Below are positions 28,041 to 37,369 of a DNA stretch of 43,753 nucleotides, piece by piece; within the stretch, counting starts at the first letter, position 1; each line of letters starts with the position of its first letter. The stretch comes from Candidatus Methanofastidiosia archaeon (GTDB lineage Archaea; Methanobacteriota_B; Thermococci; Methanofastidiosales; Methanofastidiosaceae), in assembly GCA_003558335.1 (NCBI GenBank), contig PWMA01000154.1, positions 1-43,753 of the forward strand, written 5' to 3'. The notes beneath the pieces are model-generated. The model was not told the origin of the DNA, did not search any database, and saw only the letters and a list, made by a program, of their open reading frames with translations. The translations under genes were made by a program, and so were the position numbers.

Positions 28041-28199
28041 TTGAAAAATCTTGAACTACCAATAATACTCATATTAATGGCATTGCCATTTTTTATAATT
28101 AAAAGTGAAGACTTCACCACTTATATTTACTGGGCACTTGTATCTTTTGGCTATTTAATTTATATTACATTTTCTACGAGAAGGTGGGCAAATGAATAA
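28041..28199 (+). CDS. possible small two-helix membrane protein upstream of the symporter
   Basis: Not in the track (52 aa). A TTG start gives (M)KNLELPIILILMALPFFIIKSEDFTTYIYWALVSFGYLIYITFSTRRWANE. It overlaps the symporter start by 8 nt. Confidence 0.3.
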   Translation: MKNLELPIILILMALPFFIIKSEDFTTYIYWALVSFGYLIYITFSTRRWANE

Positions 28200-29547
28200 T
28201 ATGCTGTTGATTATTGGAATTTATGCAATAATTGGAACCGTCATAGCTTTGTATTCAAGAGGGGCAAAAACCCAAGAGAGTTTTTTTATAGGTGACAGGA
28301 GTATAGGTGGTGTAGTTTCTGCACTTACTTATGCAAGTACAACTTTTTCAGCATTCATGATGGTTGGTTTAGTCGGATTAGCTTATGCGACTGGCGTCGG
28401 AGCTTTAGGTTTTGAGTTAGTTTATCTTGTGGGAACTCTTTTCTTCTTGTCCTTTTATGGCCCCAGAGTATGGAAAATTGCTAAAGAAAGAAATGTTGTT
28501 TCTCCCTCGGGAATTTTAGAACATAGGTATGGTCTCAAAACTGTAAAAACTGCCGCCATCATATCTCTCATTGCACTTGTACCTTACACTTCAGTACAGC
28601 TTACAGGAGTTGCTCTAATTCTTGAGCAAAATGCCAGTATTACTTATTCAACTGGAATAATAATAATTGGACTTTTAGTAGCTTTATGGACATTCCTTGG
28701 AGGTCTTAGGGGTGTAGCATTAACAGATTCAATTCAAGGCATTTTAATGATTTCTTTGTCTATAATAACATTAGCATGGGTAACAGCAAGAGTTGATTTC
28801 TCTGCTATTTCTTCACTAGGCCAAGCAATGTATGTTCCAAATCCAGTATGGACTCCTAAATTCTTCTTGTCATTAACTATACCGTGGTTTTTCTTTGCTT
28901 TAACAAATCCACAAGTTTTTCAAAGAATGTTTATCTCTAAAGATTTAGCTTCACTAAGAAAAATGATTGTATACTTCGGATTATTTGGACTATTTTATAC
29001 TGTCATAGTTACTCTAATTGGAATTCAATTAAGAATTTTGACTTTTGAAGGTCTTTTTCCATTGGTAGAATACAGAGATAATGTCACACCAATTTTACTT
29101 TCAATAATGCCTGAATGGATATCTCTATTGGTGGCATTAAGTATTATTGCCGCCTCAGTTTCAACTGCAAACTCAATTGTTTTGACATTATCTTCAATGG
29201 TTTCAAAGGACATTGTTAAGGAGAAAGGAATACTATATGGAAAAATTACCATTGTTTTACTAACTTTGGTGATTTCTTTGTTTGCAGTTAGAAAAGTAAG
29301 CTATATCGTGGAACTTTCAGTTTTGTCTTCTACCATACTATTGTGTTTATTACCTCTAATATTTGGATTGTTCCACTCTGAATTGGGAAAAGATTTAACT
29401 GGAATCTTAACTATTCTAAGTGGATTTTTTGTTTCAATAGCTTTAACTTTCCTAAATCTAACTCCACTTGGGATCCCGATACCAATTATAACCCTAGCCG
29501 TTTCATTTTCCACATTTTTAATTGTTGGAAAAATAGAGTCAAAATAA
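28192..29547 (+). CDS. sodium:solute symporter (SSS) family transporter
   Basis: 451 aa and about 12-13 TM segments. FFIGDRSIGGVVSALTYASTTFSAFMMVG is typical of the SSS N-terminal region. Confidence 0.8.
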   Translation: MNNMLLIIGIYAIIGTVIALYSRGAKTQESFFIGDRSIGGVVSALTYASTTFSAFMMVGLVGLAYATGVGALGFELVYLVGTLFFLSFYGPRVWKIAKERNVVSPSGILEHRYGLKTVKTAAIISLIALVPYTSVQLTGVALILEQNASITYSTGIIIIGLLVALWTFLGGLRGVALTDSIQGILMISLSIITLAWVTARVDFSAISSLGQAMYVPNPVWTPKFFLSLTIPWFFFALTNPQVFQRMFISKDLASLRKMIVYFGLFGLFYTVIVTLIGIQLRILTFEGLFPLVEYRDNVTPILLSIMPEWISLLVALSIIAASVSTANSIVLTLSSMVSKDIVKEKGILYGKITIVLLTLVISLFAVRKVSYIVELSVLSSTILLCLLPLIFGLFHSELGKDLTGILTILSGFFVSIALTFLNLTPLGIPIPIITLAVSFSTFLIVGKIESK

Positions 29548-29597
29548 ATTTAGAATCTAGTAGAAAATCTTTTATTGTTATTAAATATTAATTGGAT

Positions 29598-30008
29598 ATG
29601 ATAACTAGAATGTTCGTTATTGCAGATAATTCATCTTTAACTCCTCAAACTGTAGTTAACTATATCGTAAGCCTTGGAAAAACTTTGAACATTAAAGATA
29701 CTTGTTATGGCATTATGGTCGAAGGTGATGGTGATGTTGTTGAGAATGTTACATTAAAAGTTAGAGATAAATTTAATGGGGATATATTCTCAAAACATAG
29801 GGCTTATCCAATAGGCGATGAAAGAAGATGTAGAGCTACAAGAGGAGGAGGCGCAAGACCTGGATATTATTTTTTAATACAAGAGTATAAAATGTTACCA
29901 TTTATATCTAAAGTTCTTAAAGAAAAAAGATTTAAAAAAATTGATAAAAAAAAGGTAAAACCTGTAGATGTAGATTTATTGAAGAAGGTAATTAAGGAGA
30001 AGGTGTAA
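29598..30008 (+). CDS. mmp6: methanogenesis marker protein 6
   Basis: ITRMFVIADNSSLTPQ...CYGIMVEGDGDVV...PIGDERRCRATRGGGARPGYYF matches the recalled Mmp6 pattern. TTG 29592 is an alternative start. Confidence 0.8.
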   Translation: MITRMFVIADNSSLTPQTVVNYIVSLGKTLNIKDTCYGIMVEGDGDVVENVTLKVRDKFNGDIFSKHRAYPIGDERRCRATRGGGARPGYYFLIQEYKMLPFISKVLKEKRFKKIDKKKVKPVDVDLLKKVIKEKV

Positions 30009-30010
30009 GT

Positions 30011-30445
30011 TTGAAAGTTTTTATTTATCCTCCAAATAGTATGATCTTACAAGATTTAGTTGAGAGATTTGGACACACTCCACTTGCACTTGCCAAAGAG
30101 ATAGATAGAAGAGTAAATGATCCAGAGCTTGATTCTCCTCCGATGAACATAACTGAAATAGATGTAAAAATTGGATTGAAATATGCTGCAATAGAAGTTC
30201 CTTCTGGAGTTAGAGGTAGACTCGCTTTGTTTGGCCCACTAATCGATGAAGCCGAGGCCGCCATAATTGTAAATAACTTCCCATCTACATTTGGTTGCAT
30301 GGCTTGTGCAAGAACAAACGAACTTACTATTTATTTGATTAAACAAAAGAAGGTTCCAACATTAGAACTTGATTATCCTAAAAATGAAGAAGAAGTAGAA
30401 GATTTTGTTGCAAGAATTAAGGAATTCTTGGAGGATTTAAAATGA
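30011..30445 (+). CDS. mmp5: methanogenesis marker protein 5
   Basis: (M)[30 protein letters not shown]...DSPPMNITE...[15 protein letters not shown]...[13 protein letters not shown] is near-canonical Mmp5. The TTG start follows GGAGAAGGTG. Confidence 0.85.
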   Translation: MKVFIYPPNSMILQDLVERFGHTPLALAKEIDRRVNDPELDSPPMNITEIDVKIGLKYAAIEVPSGVRGRLALFGPLIDEAEAAIIVNNFPSTFGCMACARTNELTIYLIKQKKVPTLELDYPKNEEEVEDFVARIKEFLEDLK

Positions 30446-31659
30446 TTAAAATAGCTCAACTTTCCTGCGGCAATGATTACAGTGGAATACAAAAAGAAAT
30501 CGAGAAGGCAGCAGAAACAGTAGGCGCCAAAATAGTCTTTCCTGATGTTGATATAGATTTTGATGAAGCTGTAGAAGAATTTGGATTCAATCCTGTGAGT
30601 GCAGGGTTAAAACTAATGATTGCAAGAGCAAAAGCCCTTGTAGATAAATCTTTTGAAGCAGACGCCGTATTTATAGCAACATGTTTTAGATGTGCAGAAG
30701 GATCTCTAATCAGAAATGAACTTAGAAGATATCTTCAGAAACATACAAGACTCCCAGTTGTAATGTATTCTTTCACAGAGAATACTCGTGCAAGCGTACT
30801 TCTTACAAGAATGGAGGCACTTGTGACTATTGTTAAAAGAAAAGATTTATTGGGGAGAGAGAGGCAAGTTGGTATTACAATGGGCATTGATTCAGGATCG
30901 GCTACTACTAAAGCAGTAATTATGCAGGAAAATAAGATAATAGGAAAGTACTGGAGTCCAACTACAACAGTAATTGAATCTGCTGAAGCTGTGGTAAAAG
31001 AAGCTCTTAAAAAAGCTAAAATGGATATTAAAGATATAGAATCCATTGGAACAACTGGTTATGGTAGATATATGATAGGAAAACATTTCAAGGCAAAACT
31101 TGTTCAAGAAGAATTAACTGTAAATTCTAAAGGGGCAGTTTTCCTTGCCGATAGACAAAAAGGCGAAGCAACAATATTGGATATAGGCGGAATGGATAAC
31201 AAAGCTATAGCTGTAATGGACGGGATTCCAGATAGCTTTACAATGGGAGGAATATGTGCGGGCGCCTCAGGAAGATTTTTAGAAACAACTGCAAAGAGAC
31301 TCGGTCTTGAAATTGGAGAGTTTGGAGATCTTGCAGCCAAAGGAGATCTTCATAAAGTACCAATGAATAGTTATTGTACTGTATTTGGAATTCAGGGATT
31401 AGTTTCAGCTTTAGCTGAAGGCTATAATAAAGAAGATGTGGCGGCCGCAGCGTGTAGAAGCGTAGCCGAGCAGATTTATGAACAACAACTTCAGGAAATT
31501 GATGTAAGATATCCTCTAATTCAAGTTGGAGGCACTTCCCTTCTGAAAGGGCTCGTTATGGCGGTAGGCGATATATTAAAGACTGAGCCTTTAGTCCCTC
31601 CAGATTCTCAATATATCGGTGCAGTTGGTGGAGCCCTACTTTGCTCAGGATTTATCTAA
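30442..31659 (+). CDS. mmp15: methanogenesis marker protein 15 (N-terminal Cys-containing domain fused to BcrAD/BadFG/HgdC-type ATPase)
   Basis: The ASKHA/activase motifs are [36 protein letters not shown] and VGGTSLL. The N-terminal domain carries [14 protein letters not shown] coupling to mmp5. Confidence 0.85.
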   Translation: MIKIAQLSCGNDYSGIQKEIEKAAETVGAKIVFPDVDIDFDEAVEEFGFNPVSAGLKLMIARAKALVDKSFEADAVFIATCFRCAEGSLIRNELRRYLQKHTRLPVVMYSFTENTRASVLLTRMEALVTIVKRKDLLGRERQVGITMGIDSGSATTKAVIMQENKIIGKYWSPTTTVIESAEAVVKEALKKAKMDIKDIESIGTTGYGRYMIGKHFKAKLVQEELTVNSKGAVFLADRQKGEATILDIGGMDNKAIAVMDGIPDSFTMGGICAGASGRFLETTAKRLGLEIGEFGDLAAKGDLHKVPMNSYCTVFGIQGLVSALAEGYNKEDVAAAACRSVAEQIYEQQLQEIDVRYPLIQVGGTSLLKGLVMAVGDILKTEPLVPPDSQYIGAVGGALLCSGFI

Positions 31660-31669
31660 AGGGGATGCA

Positions 31670-32212
31670 ATGGAAATAATAGTTGAAGGATTGCCAGAGA
31701 AAGAATCTCAAGGTTATGTAACTCTTATTAATGATATAATGAGAGAATTTGAGATAAGGAGAAGTGTAGAAAAAGTATATTTTTATGGCGATACTGAAAA
31801 CTTTGTTTTCATCGCTTCAATCAGAATAAAAAAAGTTTTAGAACCTCTAAGAATAGAAGACGTTGCTACCTACAATCCAGAAAAAGAAATCTTATCTGTT
31901 GAAGATGAATTTTATGTTCCAAAAATTTTGTCTCTTCTTTGGTCATTTTCAAAAGAAGAAATTGAACAAAAAGATAGAACTGAAATTAAAATACCTTCTG
32001 AAATATTCAATAAATTAAAATCTGAAATCGTCTATTACCCTACTGAAGATTTGAAAAAAAATGTTCAAGAAGCAATAAATAGAATTTTACCTGAAGCCGC
32101 TAGAATTAAATATATACTCTCTGCCGAAAAAACTATCACTGTGGCATCAAGTGAAAATGCACTCTCCGATGAAAACAAAAAGCTTGCACATAAAATGCAT
32201 GAGAGGGATTAG
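31670..32212 (+). CDS. mmp17: methanogenesis marker protein 17
   Basis: About 180 aa starting MEIIVEGL after AAAGGGG. It holds the position between mmp15 and mmp7. The longer track start at 31619 would overlap mmp15 by 41 nt. Confidence 0.7.
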   Translation: MEIIVEGLPEKESQGYVTLINDIMREFEIRRSVEKVYFYGDTENFVFIASIRIKKVLEPLRIEDVATYNPEKEILSVEDEFYVPKILSLLWSFSKEEIEQKDRTEIKIPSEIFNKLKSEIVYYPTEDLKKNVQEAINRILPEAARIKYILSAEKTITVASSENALSDENKKLAHKMHERD

Positions 32213-32222
32213 GTGAATTTCA

Positions 32223-33146
32223 ATGTTTAAAATGGCATTATTTGAAGGTGGACTTCACAGGGCCGACGAGTTAGAAGATCTTGTAGATGATCTTGGTGGT
32301 TTTTTAATTCAGAAGAACGTCACTCAAATAGATATAACCCTTATAATGGCTGTACCCGGAGAAGATTACGAGCTTATTAAAGAAAAAGCAAAGGAGTTAA
32401 GGGGAAAAATAGTAGAAGTTCCTCTTGCAGGTTCAGAAATTACAATTGTTTCACCCTCTCTTGGAAAACATCATCTTCCTCATCCAGTTTGTGATATTTC
32501 AGAATACATAAGAAGAAATGGTGCTGTAACTAATGTAATGGGTCTTGCAAGAGGGGTAGGCCAAAGAATAAATCAGATAACTGCGGTGGAGAAAGGAATG
32601 ATAGAAGAAGCCGATGTTGCAGTTTATTCTTTGGGAAATTTCAGCCACTGTCTTGAAAAAAAGACTCATCTTTTCATGGATATTGAAATACCTGTGGTAG
32701 TACTTGGTGGTCCTGAAAAATTTATAGCTGAAGGTCTTGATTATTATGTTGGTGGTATTGGAAGAAGAAGTCAAAGACTTCGTCAAAAATTTGATTTAGA
32801 TATTTTTGATATTATGGTAAGTGAAATATCAAAAGCAGTTGAAAAAAGACGAAGAGAAATAGAAGAAGATCCTTTAGTTATTGAGCCAATATATCTAAAA
32901 AAAATTATAGAAGAAAATGTTGAAGGAATAGATAAGATTGTATCTCCCATTCCTGTAGTATTGAATGTAGATGGGATTAAAGTAAAAATGCCTTTGAATC
33001 AATTCATAGAAAAAATAAAAAATATTGAATTTGATGGTAGGAAAATAGAAGAATACTGTAATATTTATCAATCACCTTATAGTGGAATTACTATACTTAA
33101 GATATTTACAAAGTCTTATTTCGAATCAATAGATAAAAAATCTTAA
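32223..33146 (+). CDS. mmp7: methanogenesis marker protein 7
   Basis: 307 aa beginning FEGGLHRADELEDLVDDLGGFLIQ, with ...VVVLGGPE.... AGGTGA lies 7 nt upstream. Size and position fit Mmp7. Confidence 0.75.
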   Translation: MFKMALFEGGLHRADELEDLVDDLGGFLIQKNVTQIDITLIMAVPGEDYELIKEKAKELRGKIVEVPLAGSEITIVSPSLGKHHLPHPVCDISEYIRRNGAVTNVMGLARGVGQRINQITAVEKGMIEEADVAVYSLGNFSHCLEKKTHLFMDIEIPVVVLGGPEKFIAEGLDYYVGGIGRRSQRLRQKFDLDIFDIMVSEISKAVEKRRREIEEDPLVIEPIYLKKIIEENVEGIDKIVSPIPVVLNVDGIKVKMPLNQFIEKIKNIEFDGRKIEEYCNIYQSPYSGITILKIFTKSYFESIDKKS

Positions 33147-33147
33147 T

Positions 33148-34539
33148 CTAATTCCAATTATTCTTGAGATAATAAAAATAAAAAAGAACTAAAGGAGTTC
33201 CAAATAGTCCATATACCAATAAATTTATAATACTTGAAGGAAATAATCCTACCAAACTTTCAAATAAGACCATTAATATAAAAATACCTATTGACAAAAT
33301 AACAAATCTTTTATCTGGGATAAATATAATTCCTAAACTTTTTGAGATTAATATCATTCCAATTATACAGGATACCAGAGTTGAAAAAGCTGCTCCGTTT
33401 ATGTTATAAACTGGAACCAATAAAAAATTTAGAATTACATTTATAGTAGCTATTAACGCTGTTATCTTCATGGGCTGCCACTGTTTTCCAATACCTTGTA
33501 AAGATGTTGATCCAATATAAAAAATTGAGTAGAATATCATAGCAATTGACAAAATTTTTAGAACCCATCCACCTTCCTGGATACCAAATAGAAAATATAT
33601 AATTGGATTTGAAAATGCAAAAAGTGAAAGTGCAACAGGAAGTGTAAAACTAAATGAAGATTTAAGTGAAACTAAAATGCTATCTATTTTTTCCCTTTCA
33701 ATTGATTTCAATCTTGAAATCTCAGGCAGTAACACTGCAGACAAAGCTATTGCAAATGAAGGAACTATTCCTGCTGTAGGTGAAGCCATACCATAAATTC
33801 CAACTGTTTCAGGCCCAAAAAATCTAGCCAAGACGTATATATCTGCATTGAAAAGAAGCACAAGACCTAATGAGAATATAGAAACAGGAATAGCAAATTC
33901 TAAAATTTTTCTAAACTCTTTATAATACTCATTTTTTAGTTTTAATTTTATGCCACTCTTCATGACAAACAAAAAAGATACTATTATCCCAACTAGATAT
34001 CCTCCTACAAGGGATCCAGAAGCACCAGAAACTCTGAACATATATGAAAGAGGGACTGAAAGTAAAAAATAGGATAGTGAAAGAGCAAATATTGAAATTG
34101 CCATATAATTTACTTTTTTTATACCAAGTAAGATTCCATTAAAAACTGAAAATATAAAACCAAGAGGGACTACTAAAAGAATTATTTTAAGAGGTATGGC
34201 TATACCTTCCCTTATCTCAGGTGAGTAGTAGTTTAATATAAATGGATTTAGAGCAAATAAAAAAGTAAACAGTGCAATTCCAATTGGTATAAAAAATAGA
34301 GAAGATGATATTTTTTCCGATTTATTTTCTGAATCAAAAATAGATGTGAATCTTGATACTGTAGGCGCTATTCCAAAAGAAGAAAGAATTAGAATAAGTG
34401 ATTGAAAAGGCATAATAGCTGTTAGAAATCCATACTCTGAGAGGAGAAGTATGTTTGCAGTAAAAAGTATGAATAAATAATTTGCGACCCTTGAGAATGA
34501 ATTTGCTAAAAGAAGTATTAAAGATTTCTTGATCATCAT
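33148..34539 (-). CDS. polysaccharide/oligosaccharide flippase (MOP superfamily, Wzx-like)
   Basis: 463 aa and about 12-14 TM segments. The N-terminus LLANSFSRVANYLF is typical of polysaccharide biosynthesis (Wzx) proteins. Confidence 0.7.
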   Translation of the reverse strand: MMIKKSLILLLANSFSRVANYLFILFTANILLLSEYGFLTAIMPFQSLILILSSFGIAPTVSRFTSIFDSENKSEKISSSLFFIPIGIALFTFLFALNPFILNYYSPEIREGIAIPLKIILLVVPLGFIFSVFNGILLGIKKVNYMAISIFALSLSYFLLSVPLSYMFRVSGASGSLVGGYLVGIIVSFLFVMKSGIKLKLKNEYYKEFRKILEFAIPVSIFSLGLVLLFNADIYVLARFFGPETVGIYGMASPTAGIVPSFAIALSAVLLPEISRLKSIEREKIDSILVSLKSSFSFTLPVALSLFAFSNPIIYFLFGIQEGGWVLKILSIAMIFYSIFYIGSTSLQGIGKQWQPMKITALIATINVILNFLLVPVYNINGAAFSTLVSCIIGMILISKSLGIIFIPDKRFVILSIGIFILMVLFESLVGLFPSSIINLLVYGLFGTPLVLFYFYYLKNNWN

Positions 34540-34574
34540 TTTATGACTAAATCTTTATCTTTTATCTCTTTTGT

Positions 34575-35558
34575 TTAGTCTCTTAATTTTTCTCCAAGTT
34601 TTATTATATTTGTCCGTCCCTTTTCTTCTTTTTCTATTAGTTTTCTCTTCAGAAGCTTATCTAAGACCCTCGACAATGTTGGTTTTGAAAAGAATGTAGT
34701 TTGTTCAAATAGCTTAGCCTGTGTCATTGAACCTCCATTATCCGATATTATCTTCAAGATTCTTGATTCTCTTGGATCTAAAACATTTAAGGCTACTTCT
34801 ATCTTACTGTAACCTTTTTTCCTTGTGAGGAAAAGGATAGCCATTAATCCAAAGAATATAATGGATACAGATATTAAAATATATAACGCAGTGTTGTCAT
34901 GTGGTTCTTCTTCTATAGGTTTTTGTTCTATAATTTGTCTCAATGGCGCATATTTTTCATCATAATTAGCGTTAAAGACAAATCTTTCTCCTTCTTTTAC
35001 ATCTTCTTTGTACCAAACTACTGAAACTTTATTGTCTACAGATTCTAACCTGGAAGGAGGAGGTGAAAACTCTGGTAGTAAGGGAATACCTCTTTCAAAA
35101 TTAAATGCTGTTTTTAGGTATCTTATATTACAGGGAGATTCAAAATCAAAGCTTATAATATATGAATCATTTTTAGCCGATGTTAGATCTGTGGTGTCGT
35201 ATTCTATTGTAACAAGAAGACTTTCTCCCAATCTTAGACTTCTATCAAAAAAAAATCTAACAAAGGACTCTCTACCAATAGGAGATGAAGAGGATTCAAG
35301 AACATTTCCATTTTCATCAACTATTCTTAAGTTATTGGCTCTCCCTGGAACGTAAAGTGAAAATCTATTAAAATCGGGCAAGCCTAAGTTTAAAAATATA
35401 ATTCTAATGGTGACATGCTCAGAATTTTCATAAACATCAACATCTACAGTACATCCCATACAGGCAAACTCTTCTATCGCGTATGCTGGAACCTGTAAAG
35501 TCATGCCTATAAAAATTAGGAAAATTAAGACTATTTTTTTCATATTGTCACCATTCAT
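34575..35558 (-). CDS. membrane-tethered winged-helix (MarR/TrmB-like) regulator with extracytoplasmic N-terminal domain
   Basis: Signal peptide MKKIVLIFLIFIGMTLQVPAYA, an external domain of about 200 aa, and TM ALYILISVSIIFFGLMAILFL. The cytoplasmic wHTH is ESRILKIISDNGGSMTQAKLFEQTTFSKPTLSRVLDKLLKRKLIEKEEKGRTNII. Confidence 0.65.
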   Translation of the reverse strand: MNGDNMKKIVLIFLIFIGMTLQVPAYAIEEFACMGCTVDVDVYENSEHVTIRIIFLNLGLPDFNRFSLYVPGRANNLRIVDENGNVLESSSSPIGRESFVRFFFDRSLRLGESLLVTIEYDTTDLTSAKNDSYIISFDFESPCNIRYLKTAFNFERGIPLLPEFSPPPSRLESVDNKVSVVWYKEDVKEGERFVFNANYDEKYAPLRQIIEQKPIEEEPHDNTALYILISVSIIFFGLMAILFLTRKKGYSKIEVALNVLDPRESRILKIISDNGGSMTQAKLFEQTTFFSKPTLSRVLDKLLKRKLIEKEEKGRTNIIKLGEKLRD

Positions 35559-35657
35559 CTAATTTAGGGATGTATACACTACAATATATAAGAGATTATT
35601 TAAGATTTATCCTAATTAAAAGAAAGATTTTTATATTTTAAAATACATTCGAAAACA

Positions 35658-35942
35658 ATGGCCCTATATATTCTTAAATGGATTGTTGGAGCGATTGTAT
35701 TCAGCGTAGGCATATTATTTGCTCTCTCAGCAGCTTTGAGTGCACAATCGTCGGATATTTATTATATTTCAGGTACTGCAATGATTGCTATTTCCTTTAT
35801 CATCGTTGGATCTAATATATTCTTTATGGGAGTAACAGAAAGAAAAAAGAAGAAAGAATTAAAAAGAAATAAAGATCTTCTGACAAAAGTTGAAATTCTT
35901 TCTTCGAAGAAAAGAATAGATTCTTACAGAAATATTAGATAA
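35658..35942 (+). CDS. hypothetical small membrane protein (2 TM, Lys-rich tail)
   Basis: Two hydrophobic helices are followed by ERKKKKELKRNKDL. No family was recognised. Confidence 0.45.
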   Translation: MALYILKWIVGAIVFSVGILFALSAALSAQSSDIYYISGTAMIAISFIIVGSNIFFMGVTERKKKKELKRNKDLLTKVEILSSKKRIDSYRNIR

Positions 35943-36774
35943 TTTCAATATTATAAATCTCTTCTATCAAATATCTGTGTATATTATCAATATCTTCTTT
36001 AGATAAAATTCTTTTTTCAAAAAGTTTTTTAGTTACTTTAGGGACTGACTTAGGTCCTAAAACGGAACCTGGTCTACTCTTATCATCAATATAATCTGTT
36101 TCCATTAAAAATCGTTTTCCTTCTTCACAGGCTTTGACTATATTCTTTTCTCTTGCAATAATTGAAGGGTAGATGCCAATTTTTTCACAAATAGAAATCA
36201 TAGGAGGGGAAAAATGTTTTATTATTTTTTCAGAATTTCCATATCTTTCAACGATTTTTCCTAATTCAAAAAATTTTTCTTCACTAAAAGTTTCTGTGTG
36301 CAGTTGTACGGGACAATTTAATCTCTTTGAAACCTTTAGTACCTCTATTAAAAATTTGTTTGAGATGTCTATAATATCTTTGTCTACTTCATAATGGGGC
36401 CTTCCTACTTCTCCTATTCCGAATACCAAACCCTCTGAGATTCTCTTTTCTATTTCATTTAATACATCCATGGAAATTTCGAAGGCTTTTTCTCCTCCCA
36501 CTTTCATTACAAGACGGTGAAATTCTGCTGGGTGAAGTCCAATTATTGGATAAGATTTAGCATCAGTTTCTTTATTAATGATTCTTGATAAATCAATTAA
36601 ATTGTCATAAGCTTTCTCAAAACCTTTGCTGTTTTTTACTTCAACTTCTGAGTCTTGAGCGGTTTTGTAGACCAGTATGAAATGTGTTCCGCCTGCAGAA
36701 GAGAAATCTCTAACTGCTTCAAGACCTCTTCCCCTTAAAGGGTCAATATGCATATGATTGTCTGTTATTATCAT
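35935..36774 (-). CDS. TatD-related TIM-barrel metal-dependent hydrolase
   Basis: MIITDNHMHIDP..., GEVGRPHY and VQLHTE are metal-ligand motifs. Confidence 0.7.
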   Translation of the reverse strand: MIITDNHMHIDPLRGRGLEAVRDFSSAGGTHFILVYKTAQDSEVEVKNSKGFEKAYDNLIDLSRIINKETDAKSYPIIGLHPAEFHRLVMKVGGEKAFEISMDVLNEIEKRISEGLVFGIGEVGRPHYEVDKDIIDISNKFLIEVLKVSKRLNCPVQLHTETFSEEKFFELGKIVERYGNSEKIIKHFSPPMISICEKIGIYPSIIAREKNIVKACEEGKRFLMETDYIDDKSRPGSVLGPKSVPKVTKKLFEKRILSKEDIDNIHRYLIEEIYNIEII

Positions 36775-36818
36775 TAAATTAATTTGACATAACTACTATT
36801 AATATTTTTGGAAAATCT

Positions 36819-37172
36819 TTAAATGGGGAATAAAATTCTATCTCCAACTTTCATTCCATATTTCTTGATAGATTCTGAAGGCATTTCAATAAAATATTTG
36901 GCTTTCCCTTTATGCCTCACATATAAAGAAAAAGGATTTACATTTTCCTTCATATCGATAATCTCAAATTTAGAATTAAGCCATAACACATCAATTGGGA
37001 AAAAAACAAACAACATTGTTATTGCAGCATTTCTCTCTTTTTTTAGGCAAAAAATATAAACTTCTTGTGAGCCAGATATATTTTTTTTAAACATAAGTCC
37101 TTTTGAAAGCTCAAAGATATTCCTCTGATATCTTAATTTACTAAAAATTTTTGAAAGGTCATAAGAATGCAT
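36819..37172 (-). CDS. DUF192-family protein
   Basis: PIDVLWLNSKFEIIDMKENVNP...YFIEMPSESIKKYGMKVGDRI resembles DUF192. Confidence 0.6.
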   Translation of the reverse strand: MHSYDLSKIFSKLRYQRNIFELSKGLMFKKNISGSQEVYIFCLKKERNAAITMLFVFFPIDVLWLNSKFEIIDMKENVNPFSLYVRHKGKAKYFIEMPSESIKKYGMKVGDRILFPI

Positions 37173-37280
37173 TAATTAAATCATTTATCTAATTTTAAAA
37201 AATTATCCAAATTATAACCCAAAACTTTATATATAGTAACACGTTTAAAGATATTAGTGTTACTGGCATATAGTATTTTG

Positions 37281-37316
37281 CCGTATAGAGTTTAAATCTC
37301 TATACGGTTTTTATTT
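37281..37316 (+). ncRNA. perfect 10-bp hairpin CCGTATAGAG-TTTAAAT-CTCTATACGG followed by TTTTTATTT; 3' end of a candidate small RNA or 5'-leader element
   Basis: Read directly. It lies in a divergent intergenic region where no upstream gene needs a terminator. An upstream 8-bp hairpin (37235-37264) and a TTTATATA box (37227-37234) are also present. Confidence 0.3.
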
Positions 37317-37369
37317 ACAAATATTTATATCATATAAAACTTTTTAAATGGATATTCTTTCCTTTGACT

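Noticed and set aside
27961-28044. 27-codon ORF (MTFWLSKITGSSIIFINDFNKGCRVNY) in the PHP/symporter spacer
   Set aside because: It has no RBS, no hydrophobic helix or other motif, and is too short to support.
31619-31669. Longer start for mmp17 as given by the ORF track
   Set aside because: It would overlap mmp15 by 41 nt. The extra 17 residues are not family-like, and ATG 31670 follows AAAGGGG at proper spacing.
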